From Gnetum montanum (lineage: Eukaryota > Plantae > Gnetophyta), in the NCBI GenBank assembly GCA_015680685.1, contig MNCI01000970.1, positions 148,832 to 212,831 of the forward strand: DNA of 64,000 nt. The letters run 5' to 3'. Both the position numbers and the translations under genes were made by a program. Below, piece after piece: positions 50,924 through 64,000 of this stretch (its first letter is position 1; each line of letters starts with the position of its first letter). The notes under the pieces are model-generated. The model was given only the letters and a program-made list of their open reading frames with translations. It was not told where the DNA came from and did no database searches.

Positions 50924-51310
50924 TGAATCCATGTATTACAATTTCGAAAGTGCTACATGATGTGCAAAATAATCCATTTCCACCTCTAGTTTCAAAACCA
51001 ACATCTCCAATGCAAATAGATAATTGTACTACAAAAGAAGATCCTCTAGCTACAGCAACAATCACTTGTTCCTCGCTCTAGTTCCCTCGTAGCAAAATTA
51101 GACTATTACCTTGCAGATCCTATCATAAGAACTCCATGATGTATGACTATTTACATAAGTATTAAAAAAAGGCATGTCTAGTCTTATTCAATGTTTATTT
51201 CCTTCATTTGCCATTTGTCCATGAATTTGTGAGTGAAGGGGAATTTATTATACATGTATATAATTCTTCATGAATAGCCACCATGAGGACAATTGTACAC
51301 TCATGATTAA

Positions 51311-54300
51311 TTTTTTTGCGAAAAGGTTAAGCATCATATTAAAATGAAAAAGCATTTACAAAGAAACACTGGCAGGGAAGGACCCCAAGGATACAAGGGG
51401 TAAACAAACTCACAAACCCCACAAAAAAAGACCAAATTGGGGGAGGAAAACCCCTGCAAAAGCAAAAGCAACAAACAAAACAAAGCCTCCCCCATGAGAC
51501 GAAACATGTAAAGGAGGCACTTGACCACACAAACAAAACTAGCCCATCCCTAGGAGCTTCCGAGCATTACATTCAAAACAATATGCTAAGAAACCCAATG
51601 CCCTCATAGGGCAACCCCACTTAGTCCTAGAAAAAGAGGTCATCTAATAGATCGTTGTAGCTTGGTACAAGGGCACATTGCCTTTTCCTAAGCATGTATG
51701 GCATCCAAGACCACCTGAAGTGTTCCGTCGTGACAAACGCCATAGCCTCCTAGAATTCCTTGTACTTCTCCTCACACTCCTATTTGGCTTCCTTTGTAGT
51801 GGCTTTGTCCAAGTGGAACTTGGTGGAAGTCATCCAAATGCATCACCTCAAACCAGCCCAGGAGACATTATGATTAATGCCCATGACCCTGTATGAGTAG
51901 CACCCCATGCAAAACCACCATCTAGGATTGGCCTCATGCACAACCATTTGATTTTTCTAGATTTATTCCTCCTCCAAGAGGGCCCCTAACTTGTTGTTCT
52001 TCCCCCTCCTCTTCTCTACAAAGTCGCTCCTATTCTTCCTAGCACAAATCCTCTTTGAACTGTGCCTAATCTATGCCCTCAACTGATCCTCCAATGCGCT
52101 TCTAAGCGTAGCATCCTACAACTCCTTCTAGCACCACTCCTCTGCCATCACTTCTCTAAGATGCCTCTCCTTCTCCTGGCACTTGAGCCTAGTCTCCTCG
52201 TCACACCACCTAATCTCAGCCTTCCAACACGTTTGCTCCTCAACCTTGGCCTTGATGACAGCCCAAAGAAGGTCAACCTCAAACTTGCTTTGAAGTTCCC
52301 TCCAAACATGGTCCTCCACAGACCAAATCTACTCTTGTAACAACAACAGCCGATTTGTGGCAAAGTCCTATTAGTCAAAGTCCTCCCCAACCCCCACTGG
52401 CACCTCCCTTTCTTGTCGTTCCTCCAATACAAACCTAGCAAACAAAGATGACTCACCCCCCTTGGAGGATCTATGTCTCACATATGTCATCCTAACAAGC
52501 ATGGGCTTGGCTAGCAGTGGCTCAACCGGCCACAGTACTCTCCAAAGAGCCAAAATCAAATGGGAATGCCACCCCCTTCTTCTCCATCAGAGAGATGCTA
52601 GGAAGAACTTTGGTAGGTTAACGGTTGGCCAAGCTACATGCAACAAAGGAAAGCAACATGTGCCCCCTGAAGTTTCCACATGTTCCTTGATTCGATGAAG
52701 AAGCACTCCACAAGCTCTACAACGTCCTGCCAAAGAGGAAGCAGCATTGACTTAGGGATCTATTCACTCTCAATCTTAGAAACCGGACCTAGAAAAAACT
52801 CTCTGCATCTTGAAGCCCTCAGCCGTAACCGAGATACCAAGATACTCTACAATCTTAGCCTCAGTGAGCCTAATGCGGACTCCCCTAAAAGTGTTGAAAT
52901 TGCCACACCAATGCAAAAAGGAGGCATCAGCAAGGTTCGGGTCCCCAACTAGAAGGGGAAACAGGTCCTCCTAGCCCATCTGCACCACCAACCCCCAGAG
53001 CAGCTAGTTAGCCCTCAAGTTGTGGTAGTCCAGTTCGAAAGTAGGTGCACACCCTATGGCAGCTATGTTCTCCCGCCAAAGCCATGATGCATGAAGGGTA
53101 ATGCTTGCAGACAAAGGCAATGGTGTAGTTTGAAAAATATATTCATTCCTAGCAACGTCCAAAGAATCACCCTAATAGGAGAATCTCCTCATAGCAATGA
53201 CATTACCATAGAGGCTGCCCAAACCACACGTGTGAAGGGACACAGAAAAGTGAAATGTTGTGTCGTTTCAACTGCACCATTGTAGAGGGAACACATGTTA
53301 TCAATAAGGAGGTCGTGCTCCTAGAGTAGAGCCCATACCGACAATGCCCCCTAAGTAACGAGCCATAAAAAGCATTTAATTTTCTCAAGCAAGCAGTCGT
53401 GCCAAATCTACTTCCAACCTTGGGCTACAAGGTATTTACTACACATAAAGTTGTGTGGTTGAGCATCTAGTAGTCACATCTACTCCATCTATTGAGTGAC
53501 CATGCAAAGGCTGCACCAAAGGCAGGAGTCCTAAGGACTTGCATGCCAAGGAATGTATTTTCATCCAAGTATCATAACCCAAATTCTCCTTAATTCATCA
53601 TGTAATAGGCAATTAACTAGCATTTGATATCCTATTATCACAACATCCTAAAAACCCATAACGCCCAAACCCTAGAATATCGAGGCCTCACCACCTACTC
53701 CTAGCACACCAGGTGCATACAATCACCCTCTTTTCCTCTAGACTAGACAAAGTTGTGGACAATTTGATCAATTTTGGTGATGACCCCTTTAGGGGGAACA
53801 ACAACCAAAGTCGTGTACCTCCCAATAGCCAACAAGACTAACAAAGCTAGAAGAATTCTTCCCTTTCTGGTTAGAAAGCAATAGGTCCAATGCTACACCC
53901 TAGTTTGTATTCTTTGTATCAAGCAGGTATAGTTATCTTTGTAGTGTCATGCAAACATGGGCACTCCCAAGTAGGCACCTCACATAGAGCCCTGCAATAT
54001 TCCCAAATTCTAACATATTCAACCTCTAACTATTATGTCAATGCAAAAAAAAAAGGGGTCATTGACTTTCCCCAGCTGACTGTGAGTCCGATCTCTCTAG
54101 ACATTCTCTGAAGGGCTCTGGACACCGCTTCCGCTTGCAGTAAGGCTGCCTGGCCAACCAGGATCATATAATCTACCTAATGTTCAACAATATGCATGAC
54201 ACCCTCAATGTTCAAACCACGAACCCCTTCAATTTTGCAATATGTATTCATGGTGTCCATAGCAATAATGAAAAGATATGGAGACAAGGGGTCCCCTTGT

Positions 54301-57300
54301 CTTAAGCCACAACTTAAGAAGGAATATCCCCACACCCATCCATTAATATCAAAAGAATAGGCCCCCGTTGCCTGAATTTCAATGCGCAATTTGAAGAACT
54401 TTGGGTAAAGCCCTTTCCTCAACATAATATCCTTAAGTGAAGCCCAATAGACAGTATCATAGGCCTTAGCAATATTGAGTTTAAGGCACATACCTAGGAA
54501 TTTCACTTTCTGTACAAAGTGCAAGATCCCTTGTAGCAAAAGAATTTGACCTTGAATATACCTACCCTTGATAAATCCAATTTGCTAGAGACCCACCAAA
54601 GATGGCATCAGTGATTGTAGTATGGCCACAAGAACCTTAGTGAAGAGCCTAAGCAATGTATTACAAACCCCTATTGGGCTGAAGTGGCCAGTTTAGTGGG
54701 ATTAGCTACTTTTGGAATCAGGACAATTCTAGAACAATTTATTTCATTTCGAACCTATCCCCATCTAAGCATAAGATCAAAGGCATTGACAATGTTTTCA
54801 CCAAGGATGTCAAAAAAATGTCTGAGAATTTCCACCGGCCATCCATCTGACCCAAGGGCCCTATTAGGCCGCATAGACCTAAGAGCCTCAAAGTCTCGTG
54901 CTTGGTGATTGGCGCCATAAGCCGCTCATTTTCATGGGGCTAGATAACCCTGTTGATGTGGATGGAACTAGGGGAGGGATCTCCCCTAGACTAGACACCA
55001 AACCAGTATTGTTGCATAGCAGTGACTATGGCTTGTTCATCATGCACCATGTGGTGCCCCTACATGATGCTATGAATTCTTTTGGCTTCTTTATTGGCCT
55101 TGGCTGCAACAAAAAAGAATCTAGTGTTCCTATCTCCATCCCTTAACCATGTCATTTAGGCCCATTCCTTCTAGTATTGCTCTTCTTCTTTCAACAATTG
55201 CTGTAATTGGAGGAAGATATCATGCTCTTCCTCATCTAAAAACTGTCCCAGCTCCTAGTTAGTTTGTATTTCATAGAGGCATTCTTTTAAATCATCCCAA
55301 TATTTTTTAAAGGCATACTCCTCTCCCTTCCACTTTTCCCAAATCTTCTTTTTGAAAGTGAGCAACCCAACCTTGACAAAATCTCTAGGGTCCATCCATG
55401 CTAGGTACCCCTCCCAGACTTCATAGACAAGGCTTGCAAACCAAGGCTAGTTCAGCCAAGATCTTTCCAATCTGAACAATCATGGCCCAAACTTTTCAAG
55501 CATCCTATGGTCAATGGCCCTTCTCTCAAGCCCAACCACTTGGATCTCATGAACCAACATCAATGCCAAACAAGCCCAAACTCTGTCAATCTTGAACATG
55601 ACTTGCTCTCACCCTTTTCTTCTATTGCTCCAGGTGTACTACCATCCTTTCACCTCCACATCAAAAAGTTCAAAACTTTGAAGATATATCATAGATTCTT
55701 GACTACCTAGAGGCAAGGTTGAATCTCCCCTAGCTTTTTCCCAAGGAAATAGTTGTTGGTTGAAATCTCCAATGAGGATCCAAGTTGTTTTGTCAAGGAT
55801 TTTTCCTACAATCTTGTGTAGCTCTACCAATCTAGCTTTCAGTCCATGTGGCTCATAGAAATTTGTTAGCCACAAACTCTGCAAGGGCATGAAGGTGGTA
55901 ATGCTCCATTGGGAAGAATCCAATAGGTGCATAGGGATCCTAGCAAAGGTCACCAGCCCATCCACGCCACCCCCCCCCCACAAGACCTTCCCCCTTGAGT
56001 CCACAAAAATTTCATTCCACCCTTGCCATTCTAAAATTTGTCATTGTGTCATTTGGAGCTTGGTCTCCGACAAGCACACAACATCGAACTTCCCAACTTG
56101 CATTACTTTTTTTAAGGTACTTCTTTTATAGGGGGTACCTTGTCCCCCACAGTTCCATGATAGAATATTCATGGTCTACTAGTAGACCTTTTCTTGTAAA
56201 CCCCTTTAACGGTTATCTAGGTCCCCAAATCAATTTCTTTCTATGTTTTCTTCCATTACATTTCTAGGCCTATTGGCCTACCCATCTTCTTTGGCTCAGT
56301 GATAAGAATGAAACCATGATCCTCATCTGCTTGGAGAGGTTGAAAGGCTTGTTGTAGGGGTAGTCTGGAGGATCCCCATTCAACTAAAACCCAATCCCCC
56401 AAAGGCAAAACTTAAAAAGTCAAATCAGAGGGGGCGACAAGAGGCATTCCATCTTCACCTAGTAGGTCCATAAGTGGGGGGAAACAGTTCCCAAACTTCC
56501 CCCCACCCCAGGGTAGCCAAACCCCCCACAGTTGGTGAGGGAGGATGGGGGGGGGAAGAAGGTGGAGGAGCTAGAGGTGCAATAGCAAACCCCCCCCCCC
56601 CCNCACCCACATCAACTTCCTTCTAATAACACTATTTCCCTTTTTGTCAGACGCAACATTCCTCCATGGAATGGTTTCCTTTTCCATAAAAACCACAAGC
56701 CATAGGCCATGCAAATCTAGCTAGTTTTGGTGACATCACCTAAAGATTCTCATATTCAAAACCTAAAACTTCCTTCCCAATCGACAAATCAAGGGTGACC
56801 TCTTTCAGGAGGTCATCTAAGGAAAGAGGCCACCAAACGCAAAACCTTACATACCCCATGCACTCCGTTGTTGTGGTAAATGTATCAAACGCGATGAACT
56901 CACAAAAAAGCTAGCAACGATGCATAGAAAATCTGTGGTCCAAAACTCCTAAGGCACTCCCAAGACTTGGACCCAAACCAACATACACAAAAACAAATCC
57001 GACACATGATGAGCCTTGGGCCTCCATGATGTCAAGGCCAAGCCTCTCATGCCAAAGAACCAAGGGCCCCCCAACAAAATCAAATCCCTAGTGTACATAT
57101 CCGGAAAAACGTAAAGAAGGAGGTCCCTGGTAAGCAAGTGGATTTCCAGGTCTACAACACCCTAGGACAAGACCGCCAAGCACTAGACAAGCTCCAACTG
57201 CAACATAGCCTCAACTGAGACAAACTTCCCAATGAGGCTACGTCTTAGCGTATACAAGCCCTCCAAGGTAGAAGCATGCATCTTGAGCCGCATTTCTTTC

Positions 57301-57712
57301 CCCCCACCCCCAAGACCTGCACACCTCATCAATGCCACCCATGCCAATGTGCCACGAGCCAGAACCCTACAAACCCTAACCATCAAGGTTAACACTCAAC
57401 AGTTTAGAGCCCCCATCCAGGCCAACTCCCGAAATTGTGTGCTTGGCAACGCCAACATAACTCTCAAGGCCTTCCACTCCTTTGTCGCCAACTCCCAAAC
57501 TACCTTCAATGGATGCATCCACGCCACCACTTCCTAGCCCCTCCTCATCACTACCATGACTACCACTGTGTGCACTACAATGCCCACCACCATGCAAAAT
57601 GTCTCCACCCAAGTCCATGGCCAAAAACACTCCTGACATTACCCTCAAGCCCATCACTCCCCCACCTTTTTTTCTTCAAATGTCCCATGCTCATGTTCAT
57701 TTAGTCTACTAT
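51311..57712 (-). mobile_element. Near full-length, decayed L1 LINE (ORF1, ORF2 EN-RT-zf, extra C-terminal domain)
   Basis: ORF1 DUF4283-like GGPWFFGMRGLALTSWRP...VWVQVLGVP. ORF2 starts MNILSWNC at 56172, with EN WILIGDFN, RT KLNIAKAYDTV.W...GLRQGDPLSPYLF and zf KIKCFLWL...CSLY...ETTQHFTFLC. Poly(A) at 51311-51317. Confidence 0.92.
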
Positions 57713-58399
57713 GCACTCATCAATTTCTTGACTAAATGACAAATGAAACTACAAAACTAATGTTTGAAATGAAGAAGTAAACTTCAAGATATTTTAATCC
57801 ATATATTCATTGGTTTTATAACAATTACTAATGAAAGATCGTGACTTATAAGCCTAAACATTGTAAACCTTCTACAAAATAAGTATTGCACAAGAATGGT
57901 TACAATAAATATCATGGAAAAAGAAATGTAAGAAAAAAGAAGTAATAAAATCAACAAACAAGGAAAAAATTTAAAGTATGTGAAAAAATGAATTTTAACA
58001 GCCCATGTATGCTAAGGTCTAAATGAATCAAGAACAACAAGATCCTAAGATCATTGTAACCAAAAGGTTGAAGATGATAGTACAAAGTATCTTTACCATG
58101 AAGTGAAGGTGCTAAGAAGACTCAAAAAGAATTTGGATCCAGTTTCCTAAAAAGGAAAAGAAGATCCAAAGGAAACCATCAGCCAAAAGCCCTAATCCAA
58201 GTTTCTAAAAAGGAAGAGAAGATCACAATAAAGGTTACAATATTTAAGGAAAGGCTACAACTAATTGCAGCAAAGTCATACAAAGAGTACTAAGAAAAAT
58301 AGTTGGCTAAAGAAGACAAACTTAGTGTTCAAAAGAACAAAAGTTTCCTATGTAAGACCAACAATCACCAATAACCTAACATAGCACACCTTAAATGTG

Positions 58400-59510
58400 T
58401 CCTCAATAAAATGTCCATGTTTAAGATGTAATCACTTACGAAAACATTATTTTAAATAACAACTTGGTTAAGCTTTCCATAACAAGATCCTTGGGTAATT
58501 AGAGTTGTCAATAAGACATAAAACCAAATTCTAACAAGGTCTCTATTCATTGTAGAAATGGAACACGAGATTCTTGTATTGGAAATTTCTTGGCTTATCA
58601 ACCTGTGTTATCCCATTGAATTGTCATAGGCTATCTTAATCAATGATTTGTCACATGCATTCTTAATCAATCTATCACTAGAGATCTATGTTGTCATAAC
58701 AAACGAATTCCCTAAAGCATAACCTTAAGTGAAATTGATCATGTCATTCATATATGCAACATCAATAAAGTAAGCTTTGATCACTCCACCTTTCCATCAA
58801 CATTCATATCCATATTTCTATGCCAAGAACCTACCTTTCTAGTCAGTTGTATCACCATGCCATGATCAATCACTATAATTTTGTCACTATCAATAGTTGC
58901 CCAAATTCAATAGAAAAATTATGGTATAGCCCTAGATATCCTATTTTCCCTATTGTCAATAACCAATCCCCTCATTGCACACATAAAACCCCTAAAAGCA
59001 TGGCCCACTATTATTCAGTTCCAAATAAATCATTATGACATGTCATCTAGCCAGCTAGAAAAATACTATGAGTCCTCCATCTCAAATTCCATATGCAGTA
59101 ATACTACCAAAAACTCTTATGCTTACATTACTCATGTAAGATCAATCTCAAACTAATAGTTGAGCATGAATCTTGAGCATATTTTCAGTATCAACGATGG
59201 GCATACTTTCATCATCTAGCTCTTGCATTTCACTCTTTATCTTCGTACATCAAAGAAATAGTAAACTCCTCATAAGGTACCTACCATGAAAACTTGGAGT
59301 TCATATCATGGTGAGGAATTGCAAGACTCTTATGGCTATTGCTAAACTGATCGAATGTTTTTCCCAATGAAATTTATGTGTTAATCATACTTTATTAACA
59401 TGTTCCAAATCTTGCATCCCATCTAGCAACCATCTTTATCCAAAGCCACTGTTAATGAGGTAAGGTGAATCCATCCCATCGTGAGCACATACAATGTCAT
59501 GATCATTTTA
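58400..59510 (-). mobile_element. Possible highly decayed MULE transposase remnant
   Basis: Minus-strand fragments (VCAHDG..WIH; RGFMCAMRGLVID...ATIDSD) loosely echo MuDR/MULE motifs. No TIRs were found. Confidence 0.3.
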
Positions 59511-59949
59511 ATTATGTCATTTATTCAATAATTCAATAGACAGTTGCCCCTCCAACAATTAAAATTAAAATATTTGTATCAAAGAATTTACGTAGAAAAT
59601 TGGGTTTCATTTTTCTAAAAATCACACAATTATATAGCCAAAGGAAATACATTGTACCTAGAATCATCCCAAGAACTACTCATGTGGCTACTAAGCTATT
59701 TATTTGGAAAAATCCCAATAATATAGAAATTTCACAATAAAGCTGCTAGTACCAAGCTTCTCTTATCAATAAAATTTTGTAATACAACCAAAGATTTCTT
59801 CAAACCTTACTAGTCAACCTAAGCAGTGTTATGCAAAAGCTTATTCCCACAAAATTTATTGCATTCCCATGCTCCCAAAACTTGCTTTACTTTCCCAATG
59901 TGTTTCCAAAACATATATGGATCATTCCCTAAAACCTCAATGCTAAACC

Positions 59950-60035
59950 TACTAAGTGGGGTCCTAGGAGGGTCAATGGATGAGCAAAAGCATAACCTCT
60001 TCGAGTGGTTATGCCCAACCTTGAACCCACATCTT
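59950..60035 (-). mobile_element. SINE fragment (same Au-like family)
   Basis: ctaagtggggtcctaggagg...cataacctcttcgagtggttatgcccaaccttgaaccc. Confidence 0.6.
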
Positions 60036-60102
60036 CCAAACCATATATATTAAATTATCTTATCTTATCTAACATATATCACAAAAATAATGAGGAAACA
60101 AT

Positions 60103-60170
60103 GAGGTGTTAAGCCTAGTGGTAAAATTCTTGATTTGAAAGCTCCAAGTCATGGGTTCAATTTTGGTGAG
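60103..60170 (+). mobile_element. Decayed tRNA-like SINE head
   Basis: A-box-like tagtggtaa and B-box-like ggttcaatt, with no intact cloverleaf. Confidence 0.45.
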
Positions 60171-61989
60171 TAATATTGATTTATAAAGTTCTAATTGGAC
60201 TATATATCTTGAGGTGTACCTATATGACAATTATTTCAAGATTCCAACCAACCACACCCCCCCAAAACAAACCTCCAAAACAAAATAAGGAGGGCCTCGA
60301 TGCAAGGCAGCTTCCCAATTAAGTGTTTACCTGAAACATACACTAGAAGATGGGGTAGGTTGGTTTGCCAGGTACAACTTGTTCTAGAAAATTGCTCCAT
60401 GGATCTTATCTAAAATGTTTGATGCTTCTTGGGGCTTCTTTAGTAACAGTGGAGTCACTGAATTAATTGCCTATCAGGATATCTAATGATTATTACTTCC
60501 TTTCACTAGGGGTATCAACATAACAATGTAGTAGGTGAACAACTAGCCTGTGTGGTAAACAGTTACTTGGTGGGATGAGCCAATGTTCTCATGGCAACAA
60601 GCATAGAATGTGAGGTGATAAGGCACTCACATCAAGTGTCATGGACACAAACTCCACGACGCAAGATAGCACACAATCAATTCTAGAAATCAATCGATGA
60701 ACTGGTAACAGTCGGTCATGCATTAAATCGAATCAAAGAAGGGTGGACACAATGAGGCTAAATATACCTTGACAAAAGCAAAAGTAATAATACAGTATAT
60801 AATGCTTCAGTAACCAAGCGAATTAAGCAAATATTACATAGGGAAAAAGGTGTATACGAGTTAACTATTAAAAATAGATAGCAAGGTCAAATCTGTAATT
60901 GACATAATTCCTTCAGGACCAGAACTTCTTGTTTCAAAGGGCAAATTATCTTCTTGATTCACACTAGATTCCATGTGCCCTATGCTATTCAGGTTACATA
61001 CATATATACACTCTTAAAATATGGTTAAAATATAACTATTCACTTCTGTAGTTATTTACAATGGTAATCTTGTATATTATTATTATCTTTTTAAAAATTT
61101 AAATAGTATGCAAAAATAGAAGTCTTAGATTTACAGGTTGCACTCCACATGCACTCCCAACTTGCTGCTGGTAAACAGTCCTCTTTCCCAAACTCATTTG
61201 GTTGCACAATCCATACTCAAGTCATGCGAAACATAGTGCTCAAGGCTATTTTACATAACCATCCAATCTGGGGGGAAAATATAAAAATTGAAATGATAAC
61301 CCTTAACAGCATTTTGGTTAAAATTTGGCCAAAAACATTTACAATCTTCCTTGCCTATTTATCGAAAGCAATAAACTATTCTACGAACTAATAATGTCTC
61401 ATAAAACAAGTACCCACTAAAACACTAGGAAGTATTATAGGTTACGCCAAATGTTAACATTTTCTTTTTAAAAAATTGAACCCCATGTTCTAATTAGTTG
61501 ACTTCTAAAACCATATTAGAGGTTGTTGCTTTTATAATAATTTGAGTTTTCATTTATTAATATAATCTCTCAAGTCCTTTGATTTGCTAGAGGCACTTTG
61601 TTATTTCTTAAGGTGTTACATTTTATGGCTTGTACTTTTCTCTTGCATGAGTAAATCTAAGACTTCTAAAGTTGCCTTTTGTGCCCTGGGATCTTGGTTA
61701 AGGGGTGAAACCATGTAAATTGTTCTGTTCTTTTCATATCATTTACAATTTTTGTTCCTTTTTTTGCTACATAAACCCTTGCATTTTCAAAATAGAAAAT
61801 GACTACAATAAAATGTGAGCCTATCCCAATTCCCAACAATGCATAATGAAAGCACTACTAGTTTTCAAACTTCACTAGATTCATCATCAACAGTGAAATA
61901 AGATGGATATATATGCATCAATATTGATTTTATTTAATATTTTTATTTGATTGTGTTCAATCTCTGATTGACCGAGTTTGATGTTCAAG

Positions 61990-64000
61990 CAGAGGGGAAA
62001 GAGTGACAGGCATTGGATCATAGGTACATTTTGTGTCAGTTTCGGTCTGGCTAGGGTCAGGCCCCCAGGTCATTCCACTTTGAGCGTACTTGGTTGGACA
62101 AGCCTTGGCTGAGGCCGTTGGTGCAGGACATCTGGCAAAGTTATTCGGGGGACTAGGAACCCAGAGATTTTCTGAAAAAGGGCCTCAAGTTGCTGAAACA
62201 ACAAATTAGAGCCATAGTGTCAAAAAAATATGGAGTTCAAGGCTTATAGGAAGCGGTTGCGGGGTAGGCTACAAGAAATACAAGGCTTGCAAGAAGTTGG
62301 AGTGAATCTAGGGAATGAGGAGAGAGAGGTGCTGAGCAAGCTACAGGAGCTGGACAGGGAGGAGGAAGGTCATTGGTGGCAACAGTCTCAGGTTTCTTGG
62401 CTACGGGAAGGAGATAGGAACACACGTTTCTTCTTTGCCATGGCCAAAGGACAAAGGTCAACAAAGATGAAATTCAGAGTATGCTCAAGGGCACAATGGG
62501 GGAAGGGCCGAATAGAGGGATGAAGGGTTTGGAGGAGGTGCAAAAATATTGGGAGGATATCTAGCAAAGGAGAGATTCAGAGCAAATTTCTGTTCCGATG
62601 CGGCAGGTCATGTCTGAGGTGGAGAATCAGCATCTGATGCAACCTTTTTCCAAATTGGAGCTGATCGCGACAATGAGGTTGATGTAGACCAATAAGGCAT
62701 AAGGATCAGATGGGTGGACTATTGAATTCTTTCAAGTGTTTGAGGATATTTTGGGGGCAAATCTGTTAGATACTTTTAATTGTATGCTCAGTTGGCAACA
62801 AGTTTGGAAAGAGATCAACTGTTCGCAGATTGTTCTTTTGCCTAAGGTGTTGCATCCGACCTCGCCGACCCACTTTAGACCCATCAGCGTACGTAATACT
62901 TTCATGCAATTGTTTTCCAAAATGCTTGTCAATCATCTAGTGCCTTTGATGAGGAAATTGGTGGGAGAACACCATGCTGGGTTTGTTAAAGACCTATTTC
63001 TACAGGATCAGGTCTTGCTGTTGCAAGAGATCTTGTACTCATTCAAGTAGGCCAAGTTTCCTAGAATGTGTATAAAGTTGGACATAACTAAAGCATATGA
63101 TATGGTGAGCTGGGAAGTGTTAAGAGAGATCATGTTGTTTAAAGGCTTCGACCCTAAGTTTGTTAATCTATGCATTCAAATGCAAAGTTCCAGTAGGTAT
63201 TCTTTTGATATAGATGGGAGGCTGTGGGGGTTCTAGGCGCCAGAGAGAGGGCTGAGTCTAGGAGACCCTCTATCACTACTACTATTTATTTTGGCTATGG
63301 ATATGCTGCAGAGCTATTGTATTGCCAAAGGGATGCAGGGGCTAAACGTTGAAGGGGTCCACTGCCTAATGGCCCATTATGCTGATGATACAATCCTGTT
63401 TGCTAAGGCAGTCGTTCCTCAAGCTACAACACTGAAGAGGGCGCTAGAAAGAATGCAACTTGAGTTGGGAATTCAAATTAACAGGAGAAAGTCGACTATT
63501 CACTTAACAAATGCAACAGGAACTATGGGAAGAAGGAATGTGCAGCTTCTAGGGATCCTGCCAAGTAGGTTGCAGGACTCATATTTGGGGATGCCAATTT
63601 TTGAATGGCAACTAAAGAGGGTGTGGTCAGGGCTTGTAGAAAGGTTGCAAGAAAAAACCACTCATTGGGCCACCTAGTTTCTATCTCGGAAAGGGAAAAT
63701 TATGTTGGCATCGACAGTGCTCATGGCTATCGCTAGGTTTGCGGCTTCGATGGCTGTCTCACCGGCTGGGGTTATGCAGAAAATTGACCAGATCATCCAA
63801 CGGTTTGTTTGGTTTGGTGGGAAAGGGGAAATAAGCTTCACCTTGTGTGCTAGACCCGAACAATGCACCCGAAATCGGCAGGGGGAATTGGGCTACTGTC
63901 CTCCCAAGATGAGGTTACGCTGAGAATGAAAAGACTAGTTAATAGCTTTATGGCCCAGGAGGATGGGCCAGCTCCGTGGGTGAGGCTACTAAGGTAGAAA
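61990..64000 (+). mobile_element. 5'-truncated L1 ORF2 (EN end, RT), related to 51311-57712; runs off the right edge
   Basis: WLREGDRNTRFF, FRPISVRNT, KLDITKAYDMVSW, GDPLS, HYADD; stops throughout. Confidence 0.93.

Noticed and set aside
56470-56610. G/C homopolymer runs as a G-quadruplex element
   Set aside because: They are explained by the Pro/Gly-rich part of L1 ORF1, and the stretch includes an ambiguous base.
51298-57724. TSD of the full-length L1 (cactcat at both ends)
   Set aside because: Only a 7-bp match, offset from the poly(A); too weak to fix the boundary.

Overview
Plant nuclear DNA from a large, TE-rich genome. A Tat element with PR-aRH-RT-RH-INT order and very long introns suggest a non-flowering vascular plant, probably a gymnosperm (inference). 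1-31.4 kb is a nested pile of decayed LTR retrotransposons: a Copia is cut by Athila-like element A (+). A is cut by Athila-like element B (-, at the window start) and by a Tat element with ~2.9-kb LTRs (-). The Tat element is cut by Athila-like element C (-). 32.1-34.5 kb is a two-exon gene for an uncharacterised, probably plastid, membrane protein. 36.8-44.7 kb holds the last eight exons of CTPA2 (D1 C-terminal processing protease, -). The rest (>19 kb) appears to be one CTPA2 intron containing three L1 copies, an orphan TE ORF, a solo LTR and SINEs. Two observations stand out. (1) The L1 family carries, after the ORF2 zinc knuckle where many plant L1s have RNase H, a domain plus coiled coil resembling the accessory protein of the Athila-like elements. 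(2) Each Athila-like element places the same family-specific palindrome-of-palindromes upstream of both its LTR TATA box and the TATA box of its apparently spliced accessory gene, and the motif differs between families. All family assignments come from manual motif reading; no database search was run.
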